Below, piece after piece: positions 1 through 13,200 of a DNA stretch of 64,000 nt. Every line of letters begins with the position of its first letter. Positions within the stretch are counted from its first letter, which is position 1. The stretch is from Felis catus (lineage: Eukaryota). Location: contig NC_058368.1 of assembly GCF_018350175.1 (NCBI RefSeq), positions 172,734,001-172,798,000 on the forward strand, read 5' to 3'. The position numbers were made by a program, and so were the translations under genes. The notes under the pieces were generated by a model that was given only the letters and a program-made list of their open reading frames with translations, was not told where the DNA came from and did not search any database.

Positions 1-208
1 TATTACTTTTTTTATTTGAGAGACAGAGTGCACACAAGCAAGGGGGAGGGGCAGAGAGAGAGGGAGAGAGAGAGAATCTTGAGCAGGCTCCACGCTCAGC
101 ACTCAACTCGGAGTCTGATGCAGGGCTCAATCCCATGATCCTGGGATCATGACCTGAGCTGAAATCAAGAGTTGGATGCTCAATCAACTGAGCCACCCAG
201 GCAACCCC
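1..208 (-). mobile_element. CAN-SINE (SINEC)
   Basis: Reverse-complement of the tRNA-derived head (agccacccaggc), with a GA-rich segment and T-rich tail. Confidence 0.85.
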
Positions 209-606
209 CTAGAAATGTTTTAAAAATCTTCAAACAGACCCTGTGAGTAGGTACCATCATGATCATCCCCATTTTATAGGTGAAGATGAATGAGACAAGA
301 AAGGTCCAGCAATGAGTCTAAGGACACATGGTTAGCAAAGTCTGTGCGGTGACAGCAATGGACTTATCAGGAACAGAGCTAATGTGGTGAAGTGGCTGAG
401 CACTCCCACCCCCTAGGGGCAGATGCCTGGGAAATGCTGTAAGCACTGTAATGATGACAGGCACTCTTGAAGTTTTGCTTGGTTGGAACCTGGCAGAGGC
501 AGGATAAGGACAGAGAAGACTCTACCAGCTGATTCTGAAAAAGTCCTGAGGCCAACATATCAGCCCTAAAACCTTCCCTGAGAGATGCTGAGAAGCACAG
601 AACCCT

Positions 607-821
607 AGGGCGCCTGGGTGGCTCAGGCAGTTAAGCATCCGACTTTGGCTCAGGTCATGATCTCACAGTTTGTGGGTTCAAGCCCCGCATCTGGCTCCGT
701 GCTGACAGCCTGGAGCCTGCTCCGGATTCTGTCTCCGTCTCTCTCTGCCCCTCCCCTACTCATGCTCTGTCTCTGTCTCTCAATAATAAATAAACATGCA
801 AAAAATTTAAAAAAAAAAAAA

Positions 822-855
<34 letters not shown>
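607..855 (+). mobile_element. CAN-SINE (SINEC_Fc-like) with poly(A) and (GA)n tail
   Basis: gggcgcctgggtggctcag head, CT-rich body, aataaa and A-tail. Confidence 0.9.
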
Positions 856-856
<1 letters not shown>

Positions 857-3179
857 CACGGAACAGAAAGATGGGCATGGGGAACAGCCAAGCTTCAAGG
901 AGAAAGGAAGGGGTTTCTCACCTTCAAGTCTCCATCTAGTCACATTTCATCCTTACACCTCATCAAAGAGGAAACTCAGAGAGGGGAAGCCTTTTAGCCA
1001 AGGTCACACACACCATGGCCACCTTCTGGATCTGAATCCTCCCTCTTTTTTGTTTTTTCTACTCTGGGGACCCAGAAGCCACTGGACCAGCCTACCAGTG
1101 TGGAGGGGAGCTTGTGCTTTGAGGATGGGAGAGACCTGATATGTTAGTGACCTGAAGGGTGATCAGTGCTGGGAGTGGTAGACAGGAAAGCCTGGTGGCA
1201 GGACCTCCAAGGAGGCACTCAGCACCCACCCAGCCACCAGGTGGGCTTCTGGGTTCATTTCAGGGGCAGCAGGTGGCTGAAGGAAGGCGGATGCACAGAG
1301 GAGAGAGTGATCAGTGTGACCTTCCTCTCACTGGTCAAGAAAACTGAAGATGACAATGGTGCCACTGAATTTGGGCAACTTAAGGGTCACTAGTGACCTT
1401 GGCTGGAATGATACCAGGGACAACAGGAGCAGGAGGAGACAGATTGCAGATATATAAATTATACGATGATGATGATGATGATGCAGAGGGATGAAGGGTG
1501 AGAAGATCAGAAAGAGTGGGCTCCAGGGCATGTAAGCAGGGAACCCTCTTTCTCTCCTGAAAATAGAGAAAACGGGGCATGGGACATGTGAGGACTCTGT
1601 ACTATCTTTGTAATTTCTCTGTAAATTTAAAACTGTTCTAAAATTAAAAGTTTATTTAAAAATAAGGATGGCAAAGAGGTGAGAATGGGGTGGCTGGAGA
1701 GAGTTTGTAGGTGGCTGGGGGGAGGCAGGAATTTGAGGAAGGGAGAGCATGCTCATTGGACTTCTGTTTTTTGCATGTGAAACTGACTGAGCAGGAGGCT
1801 GGTGATGAGGAAGTGGTGGGGAGTCCTGGGCTAGGACATGTCAAAGGAAGCAGGAGGGGCATGAGGCCTGAGATCCCTCTACCTACCCTTCCCAGGCATC
1901 CTTCAAACCCTGCTGTGGTCTCCTCCCTAGAGAAATCCCAGGGACTCCCTAGAATCCCAGGGACTCTGCCTGGGCCTTGTTCCAAGTGGGGGCTATGGAG
2001 AAACTGCCAGGGCCAGGGGTCCATGGGCATAGTAGGTGCAGAGTTCCCCAGGCAGGTGTCTGTGAAATGTTTGGGGTTTTATTCCTACTCCAAAGTACCA
2101 GGATTCACTGCTGATCCACTCAAACTGTTCTCCTTCTCAGAATAATTGATTGCCCAACTCAGAACTCAGAGGCCCAGCTGGGGACCACCTCTCTACTTCC
2201 TGGATTGGACCGAGTAAAGTTGGCTTGTTTCTGTCACCTTCCCGCAGAAGATGGGGGTGGGAGGCTTTGTAGGAGATGGAAAAGGCTTCTTAGAGCCGAG
2301 GAGGGTTTCAGGGTCTCACCTCAGCAAGGAGTGGAGATGTTCCAGGAGGCCCTGGCAATGGTGCTCACCCCCACACAGGGGACTTCTGTGCTCAGAGCTC
2401 TGGGAAACAAAGGTGCCAGGGGGACTGGCCCTGGAGTGTCCTTGGAGGAGCCCTGCCCTGGGAGTCTGGGGTTAGACGCTGCTTCCCTGCTTCCGGAACT
2501 CTATTTGGGATTCCTCTGAGAGGCCTGAGGCTTGGGAGAGAAGGCAAAGGAATTCCTAGGCTGGCCCTATTTGGAGGCAGCAAGTAAGGGAGGGGTGCTC
2601 AGAATAGAGGTGGAGCAGGGATGGGGAAGAAGATCAGAATGCTGGGGTAATGAGCTGGGTTGGGGCTGGGCATGGTCAAGGAAGCAGGGATGGAGGGGTG
2701 TGGTTAGGAACTGAGATCCCAATGGGAATAGGGTAGGCTGGACTGAGTAAGGTGCTGCTAGCGATGGCTGACTGTGAATGTTTGGAGGTGTGGGCTGAGT
2801 ATGGGGTGGGAGTAGGCAGGGAAAGAAATTGGATTTGGGGTGGAGACACAAGTGACAGTGGATAGTGATGGGGATGGACTAGGAATGGGCCCTTCGGAGG
2901 TGGGGATGAGCTGCAGATGGGCCAGGGTGGCTGGTCCAATTGGGTTGGGTTAGGGGGTTGGGACAGAAATGGGTTTAAACTGGTTTGGGATGACGGTGAG
3001 GCTGGGACGAAGAGAAATGAAGCACGGAGTGGGGCTGAGTGGGGCTGGGCCCGAATGGAATGAAGTGGGTTTGGAACTGGGACAAGGGAGCTGGAAAGAA
3101 GAGGGGTGAAGCTGGGCCTGGGTAGTGGTTGCATACGGTAAGTGTGGTGAGGTAGGGTCTCGGCTGGGTAAAGGGCTGG

Positions 3180-4260
3180 AGAAGTGGGTGAGCGCCTACG
3201 TTGGGAACACTGTAGGCGAGGTTTTAGGACGTGGGTGGGACGCGCCTTGAGAGCTGAAGGGCAGACCCGCTCCCGGGCGAAGAGTGCAGGGGCTGTGGGT
3301 GAGGGGCGTGGGGGCGCCCCGGGGCAGGCCGGGAAGGGGGGGCGGGCCTCCCCCTGCGCCGGGCCAGGGCGGCGCTAGGACCGAGCGCGCGGAGGGAGCG
3401 AGCCGGGCGGAGCCTGCGCCCCCCGCCCCCCGCCGGCCGGCTCCCCTCCCCCCGGCCGCTGGCTCGCTCGGCTCGCAACGCTGCAGAGGCTCCGAGGCGG
3501 CAGCGGCGGCGACTCCTTCTTTCCTTCCCTGCTCCTCTGGCCGTCCGTCCGTCTGTGCGTCTGTCCGTTCGGTCTCGGTCCGGCCAGCAGCATGGCTGGC
3601 GTCAGCTTCAGCGGCCACCGCCTGGAGCTGCTGGCGGCGTACGAGGAGGTGATTCGGGAGGAGAGCGCGGCCGACTGGTGAGCCCCCCGCCCCCGCCCCC
3701 CCGGCCCCTTTGTCCCCGCGCCGCCGCCGCCGCGCCTTTGTTTCCACCCGGCTCCGCCGCCTTGCAGCCGGGAAGGGAGGGGGAGACCCCGAAATGGTGC
3801 AGCGGCCCGGGAGGGCCAGGGAGGGGCTGCCTTTGTGCGTGCCGGGGGAGGGGCCGGGCCGGGCCAGGCGGGGCACTGCCGGGCCCGAGCTCCCACAGGC
3901 GGCCCCAGTCTCGCGGTGGGAGCGGTGGCCCGACGCAGGTCAGGGAGAGGCAGGGTCCCAGATGTGTGGTCCGGGGCCGCATGGCCCTGCGGTAGCCCAT
4001 CCCCCGCCCTCTGCCCTTCCGCCCCGGGCCCGGGGGACAGGTGTGCACGGGGCGGCCAAGGGCACCTTCGCCACCTTCGAGCGGGCGAAGACCGGGCGGG
4101 GACGAGGCGGGGACCGAGCTAGCGGAGCCAGCGCAGCCTGCCTTGCCCAGCCCGGCCCGGCCACAGCACAAAGGAAAGCTAGGGCGGGGGAGGAGCAGGG
4201 CGGGCTGGGGGCCGGGGCGCCCCGCCCACCGGGGGGCCTCTCGGAGTTGGGGTGTGATGG
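3180..4260. promoter_or_regulatory. CpG island / DBN1 promoter and exon 1
   Basis: Very high GC and CpG density with GC boxes around the first coding exon. Confidence 0.85.
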
Positions 4261-7200
4261 AAAGACGTTCTTTGCCACATAGCAATCACCCAGTGACTCC
4301 TGTTCCCCTCAGGGGTCGTGGAGGAGGCAGAGATGAGTCCTCTTCGACCCGACCCGACCCAGAGGGGATTGTGGGGACTAGGCATCAGGGCTGGGAGATG
4401 CAACGGGGACTGAACTGCCTGGCTAGGTGGCCATCTGGGGTTCCTGGGAGGAAGCCCTCAGGCGCACAAGTGTGGAGGGAACCCCCAAAGAGGGATGAGA
4501 GGGCGAGTAGATCCACCGAGCCCCTAAGCCTCATGGCCCAGTGGCCAGGGACTCTCAGCTCCCTGGTGGGGGAAAGCTGAACTACCCTCTCCCGCTTCCC
4601 CAGCTGTTGTCTTCCCCTGAGCTGTATGAGGGGATGGGCCACCTGCTCTCCCTCTGGAGTCCCCTGGGTGGCAGGAAAGCAAACTGCCCCATTCAGGAAT
4701 CATCTTGCCCCAAAATACTCTCTCCTGGGACAGGTACCCATTCTGTTCTCTAGGCCTGTTCTTCTCCTGACAGGCAGGAAACTGAGGCACAGAGAGAGGA
4801 TAGGCGTGAGGGACCTCACCTGGGCTGGCTTCACCCTCACCTTAGGAGGGCAGTTGGGTAGGGACACTGACCTGGGGGCTGGAGGAGGGGCAAGATGGCC
4901 AGGCGCCCATGCCATGGTACTGCAGCACTGGCTGGCAGCCAGGCCTGGAGGGATGGACGCGGGAGACAAGCTCTCATGTCCTGCAGGTCAGTCACAGGAG
5001 AGGCCAGCACAGGCTAAGTGGGCAGGCGGCCCACCTATTGTCCCAGCCCTGCCTCAAGGGGGCTGAGATCATGGGAGGAGTTCAGGGCAAGTGGCCGGCT
5101 TGGCCTGGTGGAGAAGTTAGCCTTGGGATATGGGCCCTGTCTGCAGAGAGGCACAGCCCACCCTAAGACATCCCCCTCACCCCCCGGTCTGGTGGTTAGT
5201 GTCTGCCATCACCCCATTTCCCCCTTAACCTCCCAGAAATTGGGCTCTGGCGGCCTAGTACAGGGCCACACAACCACTGCTGGCCCACATCCCGCTTAGC
5301 AGAGGCCTGGGCTCCCAACGCCCAGCAGCATCCATGTGGCCAAAGCAAGTTATTCATCACTGGCATGCGTCACCCCCCCATCTGGGTTGTGTGTGGGACA
5401 CACACACACACACACACACACGCAGACACGCACCCTCGCACATGCACACATTTGCTCACTCCCAAGGGCCCAGATAGCATTTTGTAAAAAGAGTGTGAGA
5501 ATCATATCCTGCGGAGTGGGCCATGAATTCCCCCAAGGCCCAATACAGAGCCAGGGGTCCAGTGGGGTCTCAAGACTCATGGGCAGACCCTGCACTGGGA
5601 GGCCAGAGGAGGGCATCTTGGGTACAGTTGCTGTCTTGGTCAAGGGACTTGGCACTGCCTTCACTTCCCTTGCCTCTGAGTGGGAGGGAAGGGGATGGGG
5701 GAGCTCACTCCTAAGTGGCAGAGCCTCTGAAATGGACCACTGCCCTGGCACTGGGCCCAGGAAGTCAGGTTATGTAGTGGGAAGAGCAAGTGTTGTCCTG
5801 GGTGTGACACTACTCACTGTGTGACCACACACAAAGTGTCTGCTCCCCTCTGGTCTTTTTGAAAAGATGAAGAGGCGACAGGACTCCACCATATCTGGGA
5901 CCCCCAAGGCCCTTCCAGCTGCAACATCCTGAGAGTGGGATTGTCCTGAAGAGTCCACCTGCCTTTGGTCCCCCACCTCAGCTGAACTCAGGATCTCCCT
6001 GGAGTGGCTACACTCCAGTCCCCACCCCACCCTAGTCCAGTGTCTCTGGCCTAGGTGGTTTCTCAAAGTTTGTGTCAGTATCACAGGTACCTACTGTTGC
6101 TGCCCTATGCTGGTCTTGGAACCCAGGGAGTGATAAGTGTGGATTGACCAAATCAAATGCTCAGCTTCACAAAGCTTACAGCTAGGGCATTGTCTGTCTT
6201 CAGGGGTTGGAGCTGGTAAGACAGGTAGATTTCCTGGGCCTCCCTTCCTGATACCTTGTGGTGTCACCAGCTCCCACCCATGCAGGCCCAGGCTGCCTCT
6301 GATGTGTTGGAGGAGCTCAGGTCTAGTGAAAGCTAGGATGGGTTCAGATGCCTCTTGCTGTCCCTGCTGGGGTGTGGTAAGTGCTCTGGGAAGGTGCAGC
6401 TTAGGGCAGGGCTTTCTTGGGAGCTGGCACTGGGGGCCCTGAAGGATTTCAGCCAAGGGTGGGCAGTGGGGTAGAGAACTAAGTCTGGCCTTCCTGTGGA
6501 GGGAACCACATATGCGGAGGCTCCAGGGTGGGAAATATCCAGAATTGTGTTTGGGATAAGGGAGCCATCCAGCACACCCCAAGTGTTTGGTGTGGATATG
6601 GATGTCTGGCTGGAAAGACAGGTGGGGCGGAGCTCAGGGTTGAAGGCCTGCAACTTAGGCATGGTTTCTGCCAGGCAAGGGCTGTGGCCATAGCAGGAAA
6701 AGATGGCCAGAGGTGGGTAGGCAAGGGTTGGGGCGGAAGGGGTCCTTGGCAGGCAGGTGTTCTTGCGGGGAGCAAGGGCCCCCAGAGAGGCTGACAAGTT
6801 GTTCCAGTGAGATGTGATATCTAGAGCAGTGTCTGGCAGCCAGGGTCTTTGAGTTCTGCCTCCATTTCTGGTCTGCAGAATGGAGACAGACAGACTCTCC
6901 CTGCTTCTCTGAGGGCCCTTTGTTCCCAGTGGTGGGTTAGGGTAGCCAGACAGGTGGTGGGACAGCTGTGCTGGGAAGCAGCTGCCAGGGTTGGGGCCCA
7001 GGCAACAGTTGGACCAGGAGCTCCCAGCCCCACAGCCCACCTGTGTCCCTTTCTGGAGGGGGCGGATCCCAAGAAGCAGGGGGCTAGGGATCTTGACTTG
7101 TGCTGACCCCTTGAGACTGGGCCAGGCCCTCCTTCCTTCCCTGGGCCCTCCTCCTTCCTTCCTCCCTCCCTCCCCCTCCTTCTCTCCCCCTCCTTCTCTC

Positions 7201-10200
7201 CCCCTCCTTCCTCTTCCCGCTCTCCCTCCCCCTTTCTTCCCTCGCTCCCTCTGTCTTTCGTTTTCTCTTCATCCCTTCACTTCCTTTCTTTTCTCTTTCT
7301 TCCTCCTTTCTTTCTGTTTCCCCCTCCCTTTCTCTTCTCCATCACCTTGCCTCCCCTTCTTCTAGCTCCTAGCCTCCTCCACTTGTTCTGGGAGTAGAGA
7401 AAGGAAAGCGTGGAGAAGGAGCTTGAGACCTCCTGAGCCTCTGGGACAAGGCTCTTCCTCGCTCCAGCGGGTTCTCAGGAAACGTCTCTGCCTTCCCTTG
7501 CGTGAAATGGATGCTGTGCCGCTGCTGCTTGGGGAGAAAGAGCCAGGGCAGAAAAAGCTAAGGAGGGGGAAGGAAGAAGGCTGCTACAGTCAGCTTTCTG
7601 GTGAAGCTAAGGCAGAAGGAAAGGCCAGCATTCCCGGGAGGCCAGGGCCTCAGCTCTGGCAGAGGCCTAGGGGCTGGAAGGCCAGGAGAACATGCCAGGG
7701 GTCTGAGTCTGGGCAAGAGTGACAAGAGTGGCCACGTTGACCTCATCCCCATTTCTGAGAGGCCAAGATTGAGGCTAAAGCCATGTCCCCAGGGTCCTTT
7801 GTGTTCAGGAGAATGTGGGTAGGGTGGGCCAGTCATGTGCCAATTGCCAGGTTGCCATGGTTACCCAGGGATGCCCATCGAAGAGAGCACCAGGTTCTCT
7901 CTCCTCCCCCTCCCTTGCCATGGGAGGAGGGGCCGTGGGTACTGAAGAACACGCCAGGTAGGTTCCTGGCGACAGCCAATGGAGGATGAGGATCATGGTA
8001 GCCAGGGAACAGTAACCAAGGAACCGTCGCCTTGGAATCTCCCATCTCACACCCGCTCACTGGGTTGTAGGCTGCCAGGGCCCAGGCTCTGAGCATGGGA
8101 CACATAGGCTCCCTCAAAGCCAGCGACCAGGCAGCGAATACTGCCCCCATTGCCTACTCCCCGGCTGACCCAGGCCTTCCTGTCCCAGGTCCCAGGCTGC
8201 CTCCCACTGGGCTTCAGCCAGAATTGGTGCCTAGCCCTGCTGTTGTGATGACATGGCAGTGCTGGGCCAGAATCCCTACTCTTGGCCTGCCCCCTCTGTG
8301 TTCCTCCTCCTCCCCAGAGCCATCCCCACCCAAAATTGGCAGCCTGGGCCCTGACAGTACTCTGAGCCACCCCTCCCTTTCCCCAGGGCTCTGTACACAT
8401 ATGAGGATGGCTCAGATGACCTCAAGCTTGCAGCATCAGGAGGTAAGAATTCCAGCCATTCCTTTGCCTTCCTCTCCGCCCCCAACTCTGGTTGTTTTCT
8501 TCCCCACCCGCCTGGCTGCAAGCCATCTCCTTGCCTGCAGCCAGTCGACCCACACTTGTCTGCCTGTGTCCTTCCTCCAGCCATCCCTAAGATCCCCAGG
8601 GTGGGGAGGGAGGGAGCCTTGCTTGCTATTTGATTATTAGAAGAGTGAGCCTCAGAAAGGGAGAGTGACTGCCCAAAGTCACTCAGCTAGGAGAGAAGGG
8701 GCCTGGCAGGTATGGCCCGGATCACTTCCACTTTCTCGGGAACCCAGGGGTTTTAAATTTTACCTCAGCGGGCATTAGCACGGTGTAAGAGATGGTGTGC
8801 GAACAGTGAGACAAGGGATGTGTGAAGAACAAACACTTCCTCAGTTCTACCCTAAGTCAGGCCCCAGGGGTTTCAGAGACAAAGCTCGCTCCTGCCTGCT
8901 GGCCCTGTCACACCAGCACGGAACTGCCGGGCCTCCAGATCTCTGGGTGTGCCTGCAGAGCCCACGAGAGGAGTCTTTCCTTCGGGCTCCAGGCCCTTTG
9001 CAGGGTAAGGGTTCAGGAGATGGAGAGTCCTGATACCCTCCTGATTCCCCCAGATGGGGGTTTGCAGGAGCTCTCCGGCCACTTTGAGAACCAGAAGGTG
9101 ATGTACGGCTTCTGCAGCGTCAAGGACTCCCAGGCTGCTCTGCCAAAATATGTGCTCATCAACTGGGTATGCAGCTATGGGCTGGGAAGGGAGTAAAGGC
9201 CCCACTTCACCCACTGACACCACCAGAGAGCGCCCCACTAGCCCCCTGGAAAGAGAGCCCGGGGCCTCAGGCTGCTGACCCCTCTTGTCCTTTCCCGACC
9301 TCCTCTTCCCTGGGTACTTTGCAGGTTGGTGAAGATGTGCCTGATGCCCGCAAATGCGCTTGTGCCAGCCACGTGGCTAAGGTGGCTGAATTCTTCCAGG
9401 TGCGAGTGGGGTTGGGGCTTGTGGGAGCAGGGTCTCTGCACTGGCTGGTGGTAGTGATGGGACAGAGCCATGCTGCCTGAACACGACTTCTTGCTGCAGG
9501 GTGTTGACGTGATTGTGAACGCCAGCAGCGTGGAAGACATAGATGCGGGTGCCATCGGGCAGCGACTCTCCAATGGGCTAGCGCGGCTCTCCAGCCCCGT
9601 GCTGCACCGACTGCGGCTACGTGAGGATGAGAACGCCGAGCCGGTGGTCAGTGTGCCTGGGGCGGGCTGGCCCTGCCAGGGCTGCACCTGCCCCACCTCT
9701 CTCGGTCCTCACCCTTTGTGTATGGCAGCTCCCGGAGCACTCGGCCCATTCTCCCCACTCATGCCAAGCCATTTGACTTTGCAGGGCACCACCTATCAGA
9801 AAACTGATGCAGCTGTGGAAATGAAGCGGATTAACCGCGAGCAGTTCTGGGAGCAAGCCAAGGTGTGGACCTTGGCCCCAGCTTTCAGGCTGAGCTGCCC
9901 CTCCCTGACCCTATCCCAAGGCATAGCTCTGGCTTCTATCCCCAGGTCCCTCCCTTAAACAATGTGTTCCATCTTGTTTGCTACCCCAGCTGAAAGAGGG
10001 AGCCCTTTTGGCTTTATGCCTATAGGGCATAAATCCCAGAACTGGTACCTCCCCAATCCTGGGTTGGGGATGGGCTGGAGGGGCAGAGGCGGGCCCCAGC
10101 TCAGGGCCTGCACTGCCTTGGCGTGGGGGGTTGCAGAAGGAGGAAGAGCTGAGGAAGGAGGAAGAGCGGAAGAAGGCTCTGGATGAGAGACTCCGGTTTG

Positions 10201-13200
10201 AGCAAGAGCGGATGGAGCAGGAACGGCAGGAGCAGGAGGAGCGGGAACGGCGCTACCGAGAGCGGGAACAGCAGATAGAGGAGCACAGGTCGGCCCTGCC
10301 CCACCCCAGGCCACATGCTCCAGGCCTTCGGTGGACCCACCCTCAGGTGTGCATGCTGGCTTATCGTTCCAGGAGGAAACAGCAGACGTTAGAAGCTGAG
10401 GAGGCCAAGCGGAGGTTGAAAGAGCAGTCTATCTTTGTAAGTTTTTAGCCAGGGCTCCCAATCTCCTAGTGAGGGGAAGTGAGAATGGTCCTTGTGTTCC
10501 TGGGCTTCGCGGGAGGGGCGGGGGGATATCCGTGGCTTGGGGACAGTTCCAGGTGTTCAGGGTACCTTTGCATGGACATGGAGTATCACAGTGATCCACA
10601 GAGTATCAGGCCTGCCACCTGATCATGTGGGCCTCTGTTCCTTGGCTGTGGAAAGAAACCTCCTTGGAAGAAGCTTCTTTTATTGAATAGAAGAGAAAAT
10701 CTACCATGACCTTCACTGACCAGCCTCCCTCTACCCCTCCCAGTGGAGCCTAAAAGGCTTGGGGTGGATTGGGCACACTTCCTGCACTTTGGGGTCTGGC
10801 GGCATGGTCCCCACCACAGTTGTGCTGCAGAGCCACATGAATGAGCCCGGGCCAGTGCTCTGAGCATCTGTAGTATCTCCTTTAGAGTAGCCCCTGTTCC
10901 GAGGGTGCCGTCTGACATCCAAACATTGGGATGGGCCTTGGGACCTGACCCTTTGAAAATCATAGTGGAGTTGAGTCTTCATGCTTTGAATTGAATTTTA
11001 TATTTCAGCAATAGCTAAAGTCGTTCAGGGCTGAACATGGTATAGTTCAGGATGGGAGGTGGGTACTACTTATCTGGATTGGGACTATGATGGCCATTTG
11101 TGCTGCGAGGACACAGGGTCATACTCACAGGAGGCTGGGAGGGAGGAGACCGGTCAGCCCTGCAGAGGCCCTGGCATGAAGTGGCTGTCATAGTTCACTC
11201 TAATCACAGTAGCCCCTCGGGGCGGAGATGATGTGTGGTTAGTAAGCTCCACCTGCAATCGTTCATTCAGCAAACGTTTGTCACCTGCCATGTGCCAGGT
11301 GTTCGAAACAATGGAGAACAAGGTGGGCAAGATTTTTTTCAAAATTAATCAGTGAATCCGCTTATTTTGAATTGTGCCGAAACGTACATAACATAAAATG
11401 TGCCACCTTAACCATTTTTTAAGCGTACAGCTTAGTGGCATTAAGATTGCCAATATATTCGTATTGTACAACTGTCATCACTATTTATCCTCAAAAATTT
11501 CATCTTCCCATACTGAAACTCTGTCTGCATTAAACATTAAACTCCCCATTCTCTGTTTCCCCAGACCTCAGGCAACTGCCTTTCTACTTTGTATGAATTT
11601 GACGCCTCTGAAGTACCTCATTTGAATGGAATCATGTAATATTTTTTCCTTTTGTGACTAGGTTATTTCACTTCGCAGTGTTTTCAAGGTTCATCCATGT
11701 GTCAGAATGTCTTCCTTTTTAAGGCTGATAATACTCCATTGTATGTATACACCACATTTTGTTTACCCATTCAGAGCAAGGTCATTTTGAAAAAGTTGAT
11801 TTTGTCAGAAAATTTCACACACACGCACTCAGAAGTAGAAACAGTAGTAGAGTGAATCCCCTGATCACTCATCTTCACCAGTTGTCAGCATTTTAGTCAG
11901 TCTTAGAAGTCTTAACACCATTACCATTACATTAGAGTCTCGTCTGGCCCTTCAAGTGTGGCTCATGTGACAGTGACAGTGGATGCTCTAGCAGGTCAGT
12001 GTGGTGACCCTACAACTGCAGGACTTTAAAGACAGTCCCGTGTGTGAATTTTGGAATTTAGGATCATAAAATGCTTTCTCCTTGCTTAAGCTGTTTTGCT
12101 TTCTGTCCTCTGTTAAGAATTGCATTCCTTACACTGAGTTCCGTTTTTGCCTGGGCTGCCAGGGAGCTCCCCATGTATCTGAAGCTGCTCAGGCACAGCA
12201 GTGCTTTTGACCCTGTGATTAGTGTATTGATCTCACTTTCCTACCCAGAGCCCTAATTTGTTTCAGTGTTTTGCACGTTGTTGGTAGTTAAGGCTTTTGT
12301 GATGAGCTTGCCTCTAGTCCTTTTTTTGAATCTGGCAAAGGACTCTAGTGAGGTTACACTAGCCAGTGCTGGAACATCATCAAAGGCTGGTGGCATGTAA
12401 TTTATAGGAAGGCAAGGACCCTGCCTGGAGCCAAGTGAGCTGAGGAGCAAGGGAGATATGAATGGAAATAGAGAGAGGTAGGTCAGAGGAGGACTTTAGA
12501 TTTCATTCTGGAAGACACAAAGCTGTGGTTGGAGTGACCTCCATCTTGAGGGGTACTTTGGAGGGCCATTTTCTTAATGTATCCTGAGGGGAAAATTTAA
12601 GTTTTAGATTATGTGCTCAAAACAAAGAAGCTCTGTAACTTCACCACCTTACCTGCAGCTTATTCTCTCTGCATCAGTCCCCTCCCCCAACCTACCCCAT
12701 TTGCCACAATAGTAGCAGGAGCAGCATTGATTAAAAATCTTTGATGTAGTGAGTTCAGTTGTGCAAATGTGTGCCAACTGAACCATGTGCTGGCCGCTCA
12801 CACACAGATCTGACTTCTCAGCCTGTGTCACCCACAGGGGGCAGGGGTGATGATCCCAGAAAAAGGAAATTATGATATAGTGTCATCTGTGGTGTATGCC
12901 TGGAACACCTCATGGAGACCCAAAAATGACCTGAATGGGCGAGGGTCCTTTTGTTCAGGAGGCAGTGCCAAACTGAGGCTGAAAGCAGGAAGAGTTGAAC
13001 CTGGGGTGGGAGTTGGGCATTTGGGGCAAGAAGGATTGATCTCCCGTGTGAAGGCATGGAGGTGGGAAATGGTGTGCGTGTTCCAGGAACTGTGACTACA
13101 TTGTGCTGAGGACTTTGTGTTTCATCTTACAGGTAGTGTGGGTGAGTCACGGAGGGAGGAGGGTGTGAGAGAGGTGACAGGCTAGATCAGGCAAGCGAAA

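Noticed and set aside
618..1139. 173-aa ORF and similar ORFs at 13647, 35097, 51003, 53316 and 62842
   Set aside because: Translations of CAN-SINE sequence and microsatellite tails; not genes.
3196..4580. Many overlapping 150-226 aa ORFs on both strands
   Set aside because: Stop-poor CpG island; Arg/Gly/Pro low-complexity products. Only 3592-3677 is coding.
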